A stretch of 64,000 nucleotides of DNA, taken from assembly GCF_006345805.1 (NCBI RefSeq), contig NC_043001.1, forward strand, positions 98,890,001-98,954,000, given 5' to 3'. Each line of letters begins with the position of its first letter. Position 1 is the first letter of the stretch. The translations under genes and the position numbers were made by a program. Below the pieces are notes generated by a model that was given only the letters and a program-made list of their open reading frames with translations, ran no database searches and was not told the origin of the DNA. Source of the DNA: Octopus sinensis. Its lineage: Eukaryota. Shown piece by piece: positions 23,024 to 38,009 of this stretch.

Positions 23024-24789
23024 GTCTTCTCTTTGGTGGCATATTTTTTTCAATATTTTAAACAAAAAATTATGAACATAGAAAGAAATTATACATTAAT
23101 CCCTATTTTGTAAGCAGTTGTATATATATATAGTATGCTTTTATTTTTGTATGCAGTATAAATTAACCAAATAGAAGCCCATGTATGAACCGCTAATTTA
23201 ACGATAAATGCCACAATAATTATTATAGATAAATTTCTTAATATACATATATATAAATATACATATACATAAAGTATGCACATGTATTAAATGTTAATTT
23301 AAGGGTAAATATGTAACTGTAAATACCTTGCAACTGCAGTAATAATTATCAACTGGTAACTGAACGGCATATGAGTATTTTTATATACATTGGACCTGCC
23401 ATCTCATTGTTTTTGTCAAGAGTTTCACCTCCAGCCATTTGTTATGTCAACACATACACTAACACCATTCTGCTGTGGTGGCTCATTTTGTGTTTTTTCC
23501 CGCTCATTCTGTATAACTTTATTTGAAGAGAGCAGAAATTGAAAGAGGAGAAAGCGAAAAGGACTACAAGAAAGAAAGTGAAAGATGTATGTACGTGTAT
23601 ATGAAATGGACGTATGTGTGTGTGTGAGAAAAAGAGAGAGATAGAGTGAGTGAGTGAGTGAAGGTGTGTGTCGTGATGATTGATATCTTTTAAGATACAC
23701 ACACATAGAAAATGTGACATCATATAAAACGTTTATGATAGTTGATTTATGGAAAAGATTATGATGTTAATTTTTGAAATGCAAATATGTGAATGGAAAT
23801 TAAGTTTAATTTGTAGTACTGAATCTTTTGATACACCATACGTCAAAATCAGTGACACGGTTTTGAAATGCAACAACATTCTTCTTTGTGATCTTCACCA
23901 AAATTTGCAAGCAGATGCTCAATAACGTTGAACCTCATAAAACACATGACCATATTTATGAGTGGTAGAGTGGCTTGGTGATGCATTAAAGTGACAAATC
24001 TCTTAATAAGGTTTAGTATTAGAAATCTCACATTGCTGTCCAGAGATATTTCTAACAGATGAAAGAATGGAAAATAAATTGTTTATATAACATAGATGTG
24101 TATGTGGGCATGCAATAAAAGACCAAGTTTAAAATACATTTTCAAACTGGACCCATTCACTATAGGTATGAGGCATGCTTCTTATACATCTAGTGTCTAC
24201 TGTAAAATAAAGTCAACTAACAAATTAGGATTACACCAAGACAAACCAATGGATTAAAGAATGAAACAGGATACTAGAAATGGCTTCTGCAGCAGAGATC
24301 CTCACAGAGTGAAATAGATGCACAATGTAAAATCTTATTACATTGTAAAATATAGATGAAGAAAAAAATTTTTTCATTTTTCATCTTATAAGATATTTAA
24401 AAGAAGTATTTACAAAGATATTCTACTGAATAATTTTAACATTTTTAAAAATTGCTGAAATGAATAAGTTAAAAATAATATTCCTGAAAAAAGGAAAAGG
24501 ACAAATGAAAAAATGTAACGAAAAGTAATTATTTTTTTCTATTTTTGTTTTCTTTCCCTTCCTTTTTATTAACCTTTTATTTTTTCTGAAATTTATTATG
24601 TTAACATGGGAGAAATAGAAAAAAATTCTTTTCCTTTCTCACATGGAATAATTCATTCATATCACATATTTTCTTCTGAATAATTTTAAGGTCATAAATT
24701 CTTTGCACGGGTTTTACTTAAATTCTGACAAATTAATTAAAAGTGCACCAACAACTTTATCACCCAGACAACATAGATTTGTATCAATG

Positions 24790-25130
24790 TCACTTTGAAC
24801 CAATCATGCAAATATTAGAATGTGTACTATTAATTTTAAACAGAGATATTCTGTGCATCTAAACTCATTTAAATATGAAGAACATAGCAAATCCACATCC
24901 CTAGCCAACCACATACACCTTCTGATGAATAGGAAAGTACCATATAGGATATTCTGGGCCATAATAGATTCTAGTGTCCCATACCAAGGCCAGCACTCCA
25001 CATGTGAACTCTGCCTGAAAGAAGCCCTCTAAATATTAATTTATAATTCACTGCAATTACTCAATAAACAACATGAATCATTTTCTACATGCAAGCATAA
25101 GTTCTTTCACAATTTCAGATTCTTCCAAAG
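24790..25130 (+). mobile_element. PLE GIY-YIG C-terminal remnant
   Basis: FKQRYSVHLNSF...TSLANHI...WAII...CELCLKE, then LLNKQHE...CKH after a stop. Confidence 0.7.
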
Positions 25131-26317
25131 GTCAAAATGCAAGCAAAATCAACACACATAACCCTTGCCTATAGATATCCACTGTCATAACAATACAATC
25201 CACTAGCTAGCTTTAATTCCTTAAATTTAAATTTTTAAATTTTTAATTTGACTTTTAAATTTTAATTCTTTAATTTGTATCCTTTATCCCTTTAATTGTA
25301 GTTTTATCCTATACATACCTCCTTAAGCTAGGCATCTATTTTTAGCTATCCCTACTGACCACTCCACATCTAACCTAGATTTCATCTATTTAATTAATAG
25401 ATATAAATACCTATTTCTTTATTACCCACAGAGGGCTAAACACAGAGGGGACAAACAAGGACAGACATAGGTATTAAGTCGATTACATCGACCCCAGTGT
25501 GTAACTGGTACTTAATTTATCAAATACCTTCCACTTCCACTTCACCAAAACCTTAATACCTGACTGCTCAACCTGAACCAGACACTTACTTACAAGAATA
25601 ACACTGGAATCTTAGCTGTATCATTTATATTTCTTATTTTTTATTTTTATTTTTCATTTTACATTACTTTTACTCTCATTCATTCTTTTCCCCACACCCA
25701 TCCCATTCCTGTCTTTTCTCTCTTTCTCCTTCTTCTCTCACTTCTATCCACTCACTCACTACCCACTTCTGTCTTTCTCATTCTATATACCCATGCAGAC
25801 CATTTACTTACTAGCTAAACACTTCAACATGACCATATCATTCAAAATACTGCCTGGATTTACTTAGGATTATACCTAAGGGCCTATACTTTCATGGAAA
25901 TACAGACCAACCTCCATACCCTCTGGAAAAAGATGAACTGTGAACCTTATTCTCCTTTCTGTATTCTTCTATCTACTTTTAATTCAAATTCACCTTACCC
26001 TAATTAAATTATTATAAATGACATGAGATACTTGTCCTACATTGGTTTTCATTGTCCTTTACCTCTAATATATACCTGCTAACATGGAAACACAATACAG
26101 ATCCCTAGCTCCAGCCTCAGGTGTGAACTTGGAACCATATAGGTGACCAACTATAGCACTAAATCAGCATACCTATTCACATAGATCACCAGTGAACTAA
26201 ACCTCTCAGACTGGTAGTTAGTGACTTTAGGATCAGGAGTAGGAGGACAACCAGAAGACGACCAACATGGAGAAGAAGGATCTGGAAGCTTAAAGATCCT
26301 GCGATATATATATATTA

Positions 26318-26550
26318 AAGGTGGCAAGCTGGCAAAATCGTTAGCATGCCGGGCGAAATGCGTAACCGTATTTCGTCTGCCGTTACGTTCTGAGTTCAAA
26401 TTCCGCCGAGGTCGACTTTGTCTTTCATCCTTTCGGGGCGATAAAATAAAGTACCAGCTACGCACTGGGGTCGATGTAATCGACTTAATCCGTTTGTCTG
26501 TCTTTGTTTGTCCTCTCTATGTTTAGCCCCTTGTGGGCAATAAAGAAATA
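26318..26550 (+). mobile_element. tRNA-derived SINE, well preserved
   Basis: GGCAAGCTGGCAAAATCG (A-box region), GAGTTCAAATTCC (B box), central GACTTTGTCTTTCATCCTTTCGGGG...GTACCAG; the 3' part is also present inverted at ~25430-25520. Confidence 0.8.
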
Positions 26551-26643
26551 CATATAACTATATATACATATGTAACCACGTGTGTACCATTGGCGATTTT
26601 TTTTTCCTCCGTCTTCTCTTCCTTAGATCTTTCCTTTTCCTAT

Positions 26644-26678
26644 GTTTCTGACAAAGAGCTCTGCTCAAAACATTAAAT
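26644..26678 (+). ncRNA. CpG-decayed hammerhead-like motif (sister of 16542-16576)
   Basis: GTTT-CTGACAA-A-GAGC-TCT-GCTC-AAAA-CA-TT-AAAT; three CG>CA changes relative to the reconstructed core. Confidence 0.5.
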
Positions 26679-26775
26679 CCTTCTTTCTTTCCTTTCCTGA
26701 GCATCCAATAACACTAAATTTGTTCCACGTCTTCGCGTTGTTGTGTTTTCTCTTTGTTTTCATGTTTGGATTAAC

Positions 26776-26912
<137 letters not shown>

Positions 26913-27125
26913 GGAATATAATTCCAAACTTACAGGGTAAAATTCAATTTAGCAATTCTAAATCTAATTTCACAATATATATATATATAATTTAGAGAAA
27001 AACCTCTATTAAACAACTCAATAGTGAAAGACGTTATTCAGACCATATAGAAAAGATATACTATAAAAACCTTATTCTAATAATCAATAAAGTACATAAA
27101 CAATAAATAGTAAATAGTAGTAAAA

Positions 27126-27228
27126 AGACTATATGCGTTTCATGGCTATATTTTCAAATAGATAATAAAACAAACTCAATTCGATCTAAAATTAAATCTA
27201 TTTAAAAATATAGTCACTCATCAGGTCT
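27126..27228 (-). ncRNA. Hammerhead-like motif with 22-bp stem II
   Basis: Minus strand AGAC-CTGATGA-GTGACTATATTTTTAAATAGAT...ATCTATTTGAAAATATAGCCAT-GAAA-CGCATATAGTCT. Stem II has 1 mismatch and 2 G-U; the stem I/III register is ambiguous. Confidence 0.55.
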
Positions 27229-27889
27229 AAAATAATAATAATAATAATAGAATAAATGTACGTATCTTAACTCATGCTTATTATCAAATAAATATAGAAA
27301 AATATGTGTATTAACTATAAATAATTGAAAAACATTTAACAATATTTCTTAAAATAAAAGCATAACTTATCTTATCAAAGAATTTCTGTTAACTAAAAAT
27401 TTAAATGAAATACATAGAACTTAGCATTTATAAGAAATATATCACGTGAAAATATGGCATAAATAAAAAATTATAGAATAAAAAGATAGAAATATGTATT
27501 TAAGCTATTAAAATTACAAACTGTATTTTAGCTGTGAGAATAAGAAAAAATTAATTGTAATATACCATTTACTCGAAAAACTGTAAAATCTAAATAATTT
27601 AAAACTAAAATACATAATATACATAAATTAAGCTAAATTTCTATAATTTAATCTATTTTCATTCATTAATTTATTTATTTTATAAACATCTGAGTTTCAT
27701 CTTATTCTGATTATGTAATATACACTATATAATCTGGTGCTAATTTATACACATTTTACTACTAAAAATGATAACTACAGCAATTAGTAACATAAAACAG
27801 GGTTTATATATATACACAAATTAGCTAAACTTATTATATAAGTAATTTAACTTACGTCTACATTTAATTTTTCGTTTTTTCAATTAAGA

Positions 27890-28010
27890 AATCATTGACA
27901 GATAATATAGGTAAAAGAATATCGTTACTTTCTTCTAATTTTGAGATTTTCCCAAAATGCACACCTTATAATGAAGCCCTGCAGGAAGCAGGATATAGTA
28001 GTAATATTAA
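27890..28010 (+). mobile_element. Small PLE RT thumb-region remnant
   Basis: IGKRISLLSSNFEIF...YNEALQEAGY, a PLE-type motif. Confidence 0.55.
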
Positions 28011-28037
28011 ATTCTTTAATAATTCTAATTCTAATTA

Positions 28038-28114
<77 letters not shown>

Positions 28115-29712
28115 ATGTATATATGTGTGTATGCATGTATGTATGTATATATTCCTTCTTAGGCTCCCAACACAAACCAGTACACATGGCCTTTTCTTCT
28201 CAAAATGTTGATCTTCTGGAATTTCTTCCCTGACTGTTTGTCTTGCAGCTGTCAACTTGCAACTTATTCAAGAGAAATACTGATTTCGTTGACCTTACTG
28301 GTCTCAGAGGGACCTGTGAAAGCTATGATCAGAGCCCCTCTCTCAAGAGCAAGGCAACAAAAGAGATAAAACAAAAAAGGAAAAAAGAAAAGACTGGATT
28401 CCTATCATTTGTTTTATAACAGTATTGTTGCAGGAGTTTTGTTTGACAGTGTCATGTGACCGAAGTCAGCAGTCTTGGGTTGAAGAGTATTTAACGAAGC
28501 TGCTGCCTTTTCAGGAAAGTCAAGTTTGCTTTGTTTCAATGACAATGTAATAATAGTGGTGCTACTGGCAGGGTTTTGAGAATTTATACAGTCTGATACA
28601 GATGGAAAAGCCAATACCCTATAAATATTTTCTCAATTTTGTTTTGTAATAAGCTGGAGAAGGCTGCTTAATTATTGCTAATACAAACTGTCAAACTAAT
28701 TACTATGTTAATAGGTGGAATTATATTCTAATATACTTCCTTAGTGACAAAGGGAATGACATCCTGCAAAGAAACAAGGGGAGTTAAATATTTCCTATTT
28801 CTCAGAAACAGCAGAGTGCCAGAATAAACGGTAAGCAGAAGTGTGGCTGACTAAATTCTTTTCACAACCAAGGAATCCTTTTATTTAAAGGTATTTTCTC
28901 CTAGACTCAAAGCTTTTGAAAGGTACGATCTACTCAATAAGCTTACTTTGTTAACTAACAACAAACTTGTCTCAGCTCAGTTTCATCGTTTAAGCTGGAA
29001 GATATATGAAACTAATTAATTATATGTTTTACACTGCAGCATTGTAAAAGTTTTGAACACATTTCACAGACACTCCCACTCTCCCACCATATTACTTCTG
29101 TTTGCCCCCCCCCCCCACTGGTATCTGTTAATCCTAAATTAGGAACAGCGGAACAGCTGCTTTACAGTATTAGTCTTGTTTCTCTGTGCTCTGTGTCCAA
29201 AACTCACCAGTGCTACTCTTTCACATTCATGTAGTCAAATCCTGTTTCCTTTATCCCCTAAGGTTAATGATGCATCTGTCAACCCCAACTTTTTCAACTA
29301 ACAATTTTCACAAACCATACATCTCTAGCTTGATTAAATTATTTCTAGTATTCTTCATCTTTACCTTTCAGCTCTGTGTAAAACATAGGCTCTCAACATA
29401 TAACTTCCAAGTCCTTCTCTTATCTTGTGTAATTGTTTTCTCTATTGGCATCCCTAGAAGAATGTCATCAGTCACTGAGACAGAGAAATTCCTTCCTTGC
29501 CTATTGAAACAGGTAGGTTTGTTTTGCTTTCCCTTGATATTTTCATTGCAAAAAATGTTTTTAATGCAGCAAACCTGTTAGCCATATACACAACCACCAA
29601 CCTGAAAGACTATATATTTTATGATCAGATGAAGCTAATTGAGCCAGATTTCTACAGCTGGTTGCCTTTCTTGTCACAGACCCTTACCTGCTTCCAAGCA
29701 AGATAATGTTTC

Positions 29713-29819
29713 CCCATAGCCAGTCATGTTTATGCCAAATATTGGGAATGAATGACATCCATTTATAAACCTCACGTGATGTCAAGACAAGGAAACACAT
29801 CTGCGCTCACACATAGATT

Positions 29820-29864
<45 letters not shown>

Positions 29865-30116
29865 GAGGAATAAAGGTAGAATGAGGTATTTTTGCCTCTT
29901 GGCTGAAACAGCTGTAAGTTATTTTCCCAATTTATATTCCTGTATGTTATATTTTAATAATTACTGGTATCTTTATATAATAATATATTTTTATATGTAA
30001 AGCATAATATGTTATACATGTATATTCTTGTAATTGTCATTTTAGTAAATAGATAAGTTGACATAATATGTCTAGAAGTTGACAAACCACCTATTGATCC
30101 CCTCCGTTTTCTTATT

Positions 30117-30211
<95 letters not shown>

Positions 30212-30347
30212 AACACATACATACACACCCAACACATACACACCCATGGCCAGTCATGTTTATGCCAAATATTGGGAATGAATGACATCCATTTATAATC
30301 CTCACGTGATGTCAAGTCAAAGAAACACAACTGCGCTCACACATAGA

Positions 30348-30352
<5 letters not shown>
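29713..30352 (+). repeat. ~110 bp direct repeat (29713-29821 and 30243-30352); single copy in copy A at 5027-5128
   Basis: CCCATRGCCAGTCATGTTTATGCCAAATATTGGGAATG...CTGCGCTCACACATAGA occurs twice. Confidence 0.85.
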
Positions 30353-30386
<34 letters not shown>

Positions 30387-32127
30387 CACATATATAAATT
30401 TAAAATAATTAGAGGCATAGATTAATGAAATAATACACAAAGCATTCAGTAACAACGATAAACATAAAAAATACACAAAGAAATTAACTCTAAAATATCT
30501 CTTGTAGCAATATCTAGTAGTCACTGTTAATTATTGTCTGAGGGTTCAATGAAGATATTTGCTTGTGATCTCGTTTTCCACAACCTCACACATACAAAGA
30601 ATACTTATTTGTAACTTGCTATTATTTGTTCTAAAACAAATGAAGGTGTCTATCACCTCCTTCACTGAGTTTCAGTGGACTTCTTGTAAAGATGTTGTTG
30701 TTGTTGTTTAGTCACAAACTGTTTCTTGGACAACATTATCCATTGTGTCATTCTTTAAAAGTAATAGGATATTTTTTAGGAGTGATTTGGCTGGTACTTC
30801 AAGCAAGTAGATCAACCACATTGATGGTCTCTGGCAGAACATTTGCTTCATGGCATGAAACTTTTAGTTATTTATTACTGATAAGATAATCTGTGTAAAT
30901 ATCATTAACTCTCATACACATTAGGTAGCAGGGGGTCCTGAACCTATCAAAAATGAACGATTTACTATCTAGGCTTCTAATATAGAATTACCTGCAGATT
31001 CATATGGATGAACATTCCTTATGATTGGCATGTTAATCCTATGTTCAGCTGAAGATTCTAAGGGTCCAATGAAGACAGTAGCACCATGCACATATACCAT
31101 ATCAACTACTCTATAAAGAACATACCTACACTTTGCAATAGCCTATACATGAGAATGCTCCCATGAAAATGCTCCTGGAGAGCATTCTTATGTATATGTT
31201 GTTAACAGTTCTAGTTGAACATATGCATTGGATGGCCTTATCTTTTTCTGAAATGACAGCTTCTGTCACTGAACACTACAAAAGACAGACAGGCAAATAC
31301 CTACCTGTCTTTGTATCTTAGAAACCCAGCACCCTTTGAAGCTGACCTCCTAGATCAAATATCTGTATTTACTTACATAAAATTTCATAAGTACACTAAC
31401 CTTTTCTGAGTTAAACTAACACTAGAAAATTTAGAAAATCAAAGAAACAGATTTGTCTTTTCTGATAAGACTAAACATGTATAAGTAGTAGAGCGAGATA
31501 GATATGATGAATTGTTACATGAGGCTATAGAAAATATAAAAGGTAAACCAGACTTATAATGACATTGATGAAGAGGCAAAATATCTAAGTAAATTATGTC
31601 AAATTAACAATATTATAGAATGTTAACCTAAAAGGGAAGCATTTATAGTTTTGAAAGACTTTAGATCTGACTTCACAAAATAATGCACTAGTAGGCTAGT
31701 AAACCTTACAAAAATGGATTAGTAGCCCAAAAATACTGTGGAATATAAACAATACTAGGGAAGTTAAGATCATTCAATTTGATATAATGGACTTTCATGC
31801 CTTCAAGTCAATCTTCATCACTTTGTCCCAAGTTTTCCTTTTCTCTCTCTTCTTTGGGCTTCATTAACTTGGAGGGCTAAGCACTTTTGTATGCAGCAAT
31901 AACTTTCCATATGCATCACATGCCCATAGCAGTGCGATCTCCTCTCTTGTATATTACACTTGATTTCTTTTATACTCAGTTTTTTCCTTTAAGCTCAATT
32001 ATATTCTAGCATTCATGCACATCAACATTACATATCAATCAGATCATACTAGCATAATTTCTTTCTAATTTTTTGCTAGCCTTCAACATTCTTATTACCA
32101 TTCTTACTACCATGCAATGTAACAGTC

Positions 32128-32890
32128 CTAACCAGAAGCATCCCACAATGAGCCCTTCACACTGAGGGGAAAGATCCTTGTTGCCACTCGAGGTAGTAGC
32201 TTCCTGAACGTTTCCCAACCCATTCTTATCCTGATTAAACTTTCAGAGCAAACACCTCCCTTGCTAATTATGTCTCCTAGGCAACAAAAGCTATCAACTA
32301 CTTCTAGTGAACCATCTGAGCATTTAAGAATCCTTTTTTCAGTACACCCATAGTACATATTTCTCCAAATCATTCTATGAGTATGCCTTTGATTTTGGTA
32401 CACCTTTTATATATTCATAGCTTATACTAGGTACAGTGTATTGAGTTTATACTTACTCCTTTACTACATATCAAGCAAAGCTAGTTTCTTGATGATACTG
32501 GGATCCTATCTTCTTTCCTATCTAGCAAAACCTTAGTCTTTGTTAAGTTTACTCTGATGTCTCAATTTTAGGTTTGGCTTCCATGCCAGAAATTTCCTCT
32601 CTAATTCCACTCTAGATTCAGATTTGAGAACTAGATCTTCAGTATATAGGGTTTCTTATGGACAGAAATTCCTCTGTGATGGCCTGTTGAGCTAAGATAA
32701 ATAGGAGATGGCTGAGGACCAAGACTTGATGGACATCAAATTTGTCATTGAAATCATTGTTGACTTTCACTTTACTTACTGCATTATTGTACATAGCTTG
32801 TAAAGACCTCACAAGCCATTCATCTACCCTTAGTTTCCTCATTGACCACCATTCTACTGAATGTGGTACTTTATCAGATGTCTTCTCCAA
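32128..32890 (-). mobile_element. Degenerate RTE-clade LINE fragments (copy B specific)
   Basis: DKVPHSVEWWSMRKLRVDEWLVR, LSHLLFILAQQAITEEF, LEVVDSFCCLGDII...RIRMGWETFRKLLP. Confidence 0.75.
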
Positions 32891-33740
32891 GTAGAAGGAG
32901 AGAGAAAGTTATCCTCAAAACAAAGACTTAGCTTCAATGTGTGCAACAGAATAAACTCTGCTAAAGTCACCCAAGGATCAGGTGGTAGTGTTGAACTGGG
33001 TGAAGGATTAAGTCTATTGCATAGGAAGGCCAAAGTGGGATTTGAATTCAGAATGGAAAGAATTGGGAAAAATACCACAATGCATCCAGACCAGTATTCT
33101 TCAATTCAGCTGAGCCAACACCCTAGAATGCTACTTTGATTTTTAACAAAAAGTATGAAAAGCAAAGTTGACCAGCAAGATTTAAATTCAGATCAAAAAG
33201 AGTTGGAACTAATGCTGCAAGACATTTTATTTGCTGATCGAGTGATCTTTGCCAATAATATGCATTCCTAATATCTAGGCATAAAAATCTGAATAAAAAA
33301 ACAATGTATATCGTACATGAATAAATATGGTATACTTGCATCTCAGTAACCCAATCAGTTATATTGCTTGGACACACTGTAAAAACAATTATAACTAATC
33401 TCTAAATTAAGTAGAAGGCTTAGACTCACCTCTCCCTCGGTACTCTCCCAGTATTTATTTTATCAATACTGGAAGGATGAAAGGACAAAACAACTATAGC
33501 AGTATTTGAACTCAGAACATAAAGATATGCAACTGAATACTGTAAGGCATTTTGTACAATACTGTAACTATTCATTCCAACTAGCACTCTGTAGGGACAC
33601 TGTATAATTGGTGGGGGTTTGTATTAATTTTATTTATGTTTCTTAATTTTAAAAATCATTGAATTAAAATAATTAAAAGATTACCATTTCCTATGTTTGT
33701 CTTTGCAGAAACAAACATCAAAATAAAGAACATTGTAACC

Positions 33741-34959
33741 ATGAAGCTTTTACTGATAGTTTTTATATGCATTATGTCAATATGCATCGTTAATACTACT
33801 TGTCCGGAATCATGCCAGTGCAACAAAGAACAAACAGAAGTTTCATGTGAGAGACAATCTCTAACATCAGTCCCTAAATCATTGCCGACAACTACAGAAT
33901 CTCTCAAATTGGCTTATAATTTACTACGAGAAATTACAGCAGAGTCTTTCAAAAATTTAGTTAAACTGAAAAAACTGGTTTTAACATCAAACAAAATTTC
34001 AGTTATCAGAAAAAATAGTTTTAAATACCAATCCAAACTGGTCTCTCTTTACTTGATCAACAATATCATCCATACCATTGAAAATGGTTCTTTTGTTGGG
34101 GCCATTTCTTTAGCTAGTATTTATCTGAGTTCAAATCAACTAAAAGATGTTCCATGTCTTTATGGTTTAATCTCATTGAAACATCTACTCATAAATACCA
34201 ATCAAATTTCAGAAGTATTCTTTCCTGCTGAATATAGGCAAATAAAAAATCTCACTTATATAAATCTTTCTAATAACAAAATAAACCGTCTTACTGTTAA
34301 TTCTCTTATAAATTTAAATGAGTCAAATATAAAGAGGATCTCATTTTCAAGAAATCAAATCACAAATATTGAACCAGAAACATTTCGTGTCCTAAGTAAC
34401 ATAAATTCTTTGAATCTTGCAGAAAACCCTTTCACAGCAGATGTCCTTAAAAACTCTCTCTATGCAATGAGAAATTTTAACCTTCGCTCTTTGGATCTTT
34501 CTGGATTAAAAAAGATAAATGTTCTTGCAGATAACATATTTGAAGCATTACAAAATACTTCCCTTCAAACACTAATCTTAAGTCATAGTAACATCTCACG
34601 TGTCAGCAGCAACACATTCAAACTATTAGATTCTCTTGAAGTTCTGAAGCTAGATTTTTGTCAAATTGCCAGTTTAGAAGAATCTACATTCACAAATTTG
34701 ACTCATTTAAGAAGGCTCTTTCTGAATGGCAATTACATATCTAAGCTAACAGCAGTTTTCCCATCGAAACTACTTTATTTGTACCTGAACAGTAATAAGA
34801 TTCAGAAAGTCCCAAGCAAAGTTTTTGATGAGCTGTTTCATTTGATAGAACTTCACCTACAGTACAATAAAATTGTACAGTTCGACAAAGACGCATTTAT
34901 AGGCCTGGAGAATCTCAAGACTTTGAAGTTACAACACAATCATATTAATGTTATTCCAG
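33741..34959 (+). CDS. Toll-like receptor copy B, coding exon 1; join(33741..34959,36247..37526), 832 aa
   Basis: Paralog of 6666-7884; acceptor at 33708, donor CCAG|GTGAGT; 9 aa differences from copy A. Confidence 0.95.
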
Positions 34960-36246
34960 GTGAGTAATAAAAGTTATCTTTTAAAGCAGACAAATAGCAT
35001 TATGCTTTATTGAGTCTCAAGAAAGAGACACAGTTGATTTTGATGGTGGTGTGCCACCCTCCTGGCTGAGGAGTAAAAACAAAATGCCTCAGTAGATATA
35101 GTGCTGAACAACTAATCCTTATGTTAAAGTATTCTTCAAGCACTTGTGTATTTAGATACAATGCTTGTTTATTTAGGGAGTGCATTTATGTATTTAGGGA
35201 ATTATACTTGTCTATTTAGGGATTTTCTTGTCAATTTAGCACTTAATTTTATATGCCTCGGTATTCAGTATCGTCTGAGAATGCTACTTATCAGAAACTA
35301 TCTTTTCATCTACTTGGGGCCTGAAATATGGAGGGCTGCACCATTTAAGCTCTATGAACAGGCTGTATCAAAGGCATACTGCTATAAAAAGTGACAAGAG
35401 TAAGAAAGTTAGATGATTTCCTATAAAAACTTTAATTAGAGGTATTAGTTAGAGTTTGTGAGGAGAGACTACTGCAATGGGTGTAATTTTCTAGATGAAG
35501 AAAAACCCTGTTATTTAATATTATAGCATCAGGTCAGTCATGACTGAGCAGAACAATGACTGTTGATGTTCCAGCTTTGAGCAACCTTTCCTTTTAGTGG
35601 GTATTTCTAGTGCTACATTTGCCAATGCTTCCTTCCTTTTTTAAGACAGAGGGCTTGGAATTTTGAGGAAAGTATCATGGTTTGTGAATACATTATACAT
35701 GAGGGAATGAAAGAAAGTAGTAAAGTTCCTTCCTGAGTCTTGTAGACTCATAGGGATAGTTTCCATGGCATGAATATATTCCCCACCTAGACAGGACACT
35801 AGTCTGTTGCAGGATTACTCATTTTTGCCAGCCGAGTGGACTGGAGCAAAATGAAATGAAGTGTTTTGCTCAAGAACACAACGTGTCAGTTGGTCCAGAT
35901 ATCAAAACCACGATTTTACAATTATGAGTCCAACACCCTAACCACTATGCCACATGCCTCCACTATGCATGAGGGAAGTAGAACTAAAATCAAGATAAAA
36001 TAAGTTATTGAAGGGTAGGATACATATGTTTTGGGTTTATAGAACAACTTATTCTTACATCAATGCATAATTGATATATGAAAGAAGTAAGGTGTGAGGA
36101 AAAGGTGCCGCTATCGGTCAAGGCTGCTGCACAACTAATGTGCAATGCCTGGAACAGGGTATGAGGATAATGAAAACATGTACCTGACATTATGATTATA
36201 GAACGTTGTGATGTATGATGCAATGTTTATCTATTATTTCTTGTAG

Positions 36247-37526
36247 GTGGTTTATTTTCTACATTGGCTGGTCTGTCAGATTTACGACTTGGTTCCAATG
36301 ACATAACTACTATACCTGAAGAAATTTTCATCAGACTAAAATCCCTGAGTATTCTGGATCTATCCAATAATCATATTTCCAAGATGCCCAAAAGTTTTTC
36401 AAAAGAGTTAACTCGAATAAGAGAATTATATTTAGATTCTAACAAACTTGGGAAATTCTTATCTACTGACAAAAAGGGCTTCCTGCTGAGTGGTCTTAAA
36501 AATTTGGAAAGAATTGATTTATCTTATAATGAAATTCAAGGCCATTTGTCTAAGAAAATCTTTCAAAACAATAAACATCTGAAATATATCAATTTCAAGG
36601 GAAATAAAATTACTGGATGGGAAAACAACACATTTGAGGTAACAAATTTAACACTGATGGAACTTGATGTCAGTAATAACTTCATAATTACTTTTGATAG
36701 TGATTCTTTAAAGTATATAAACAGAAAGAAAAAGTTCAACATTACTTTGAACCCATTTGCATGTGACTGCAATCTTCGTTGGTTCAGGGACTGGTTAAAT
36801 ACTACAACAGTAGATATTGTAGACAAAAACGACTTGATGTGCAACAGTCCTCCAGATTGGCAGGGCAAGAAATTACTTGATTTCAGTCGGTCAAAGATAG
36901 ATTGTACTGACTATACGCTTTACTATATCTTAGCTGGTGGAGGTGGAGGTTTTCTCTTAACTGTTGTCATAGTTATATTTGCATACACTAAACGTTGGTA
37001 CATCAAATTTAAGATGTTTAAACTTTATCAGTATGTACAGAAATCAGGCAATGAAAATGAGTGTGAAGCTGTACCTGGAGATGACATGTATTTTGATGGG
37101 TACATCAGTTACTCTGACAAAGATGGTGAATGGGTTGAAAAGTATTTGATGCACACGTTTGATAATGGAGAAAATGGAGAAAATAAGAACAATGGAAACT
37201 TTAAACTTTGCTTCCGAAACAGGGACTTTGCTTATGGAAAATATATTATTGGAATGATAGAAAGTTCTCTGGCTGTGAGTAAGAAAATGATAGTGGTTCT
37301 AACACCATATTATAAAAAAGACAAGAGATGTGAATTTGAATTGCAACTTGGTATTATGAAGCTTAATATAAGAAATGTGATGCCTATTGTGCTCAAAAAC
37401 TTACAACCAAATCAGATTCCCAATAGTCTGAAAGAAATCTTTGAAACAAATAAATTTATTGAATGGGACAATAATGAGTATGCTACAAATTTTATAAAAC
37501 GTAAACTGGAAAATTTCCTTAATTAA
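36247..37526 (+). CDS. Toll-like receptor copy B, coding exon 2
   Basis: Acceptor TTCTTGTAG|GT; LRRs, LRRCT, TM, TIR. A GAA>TAA change removes the last 4 residues (EQNL). Confidence 0.95.
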
Positions 37527-37563
37527 CAGAACCTCTAAATATATATAGTTCATAACTATTAAG

Positions 37564-37606
<43 letters not shown>

Positions 37607-38009
37607 TCTTTAAGAGTCAGCTTGTAAATTCATGATGCAATGTAAGCCAGTTATTTCGGTGGTATAAAGACAAATTAAAAGATAACTTAGAGTGAAAACT
37701 TTGAAAATCTTGCTGGAGAGAGTGCATTTTTCCAGTTTCCAAATTTCAAATTTCAAAAGGTACTTCATCCAGAGTAGTTACTGGAAAAGAGGAAAAGAAT
37801 CAAGAAAACAAAAGTCTTCCTGCAAAGCATCATTGTTCACATTGTAATTTTCCGTTTGTTGTCTTTTTATTTAATCCTGAAAATATTTTATATGTAAAGC
37901 AAGTACTCATTAATTTTTTACCTATATATATATATATATAGAAATTCAGGGTGAATACTTGATAAATGTAAGCACCTGTATATGCCAGTTAGTGGCATAG
38001 GTGATAGGA

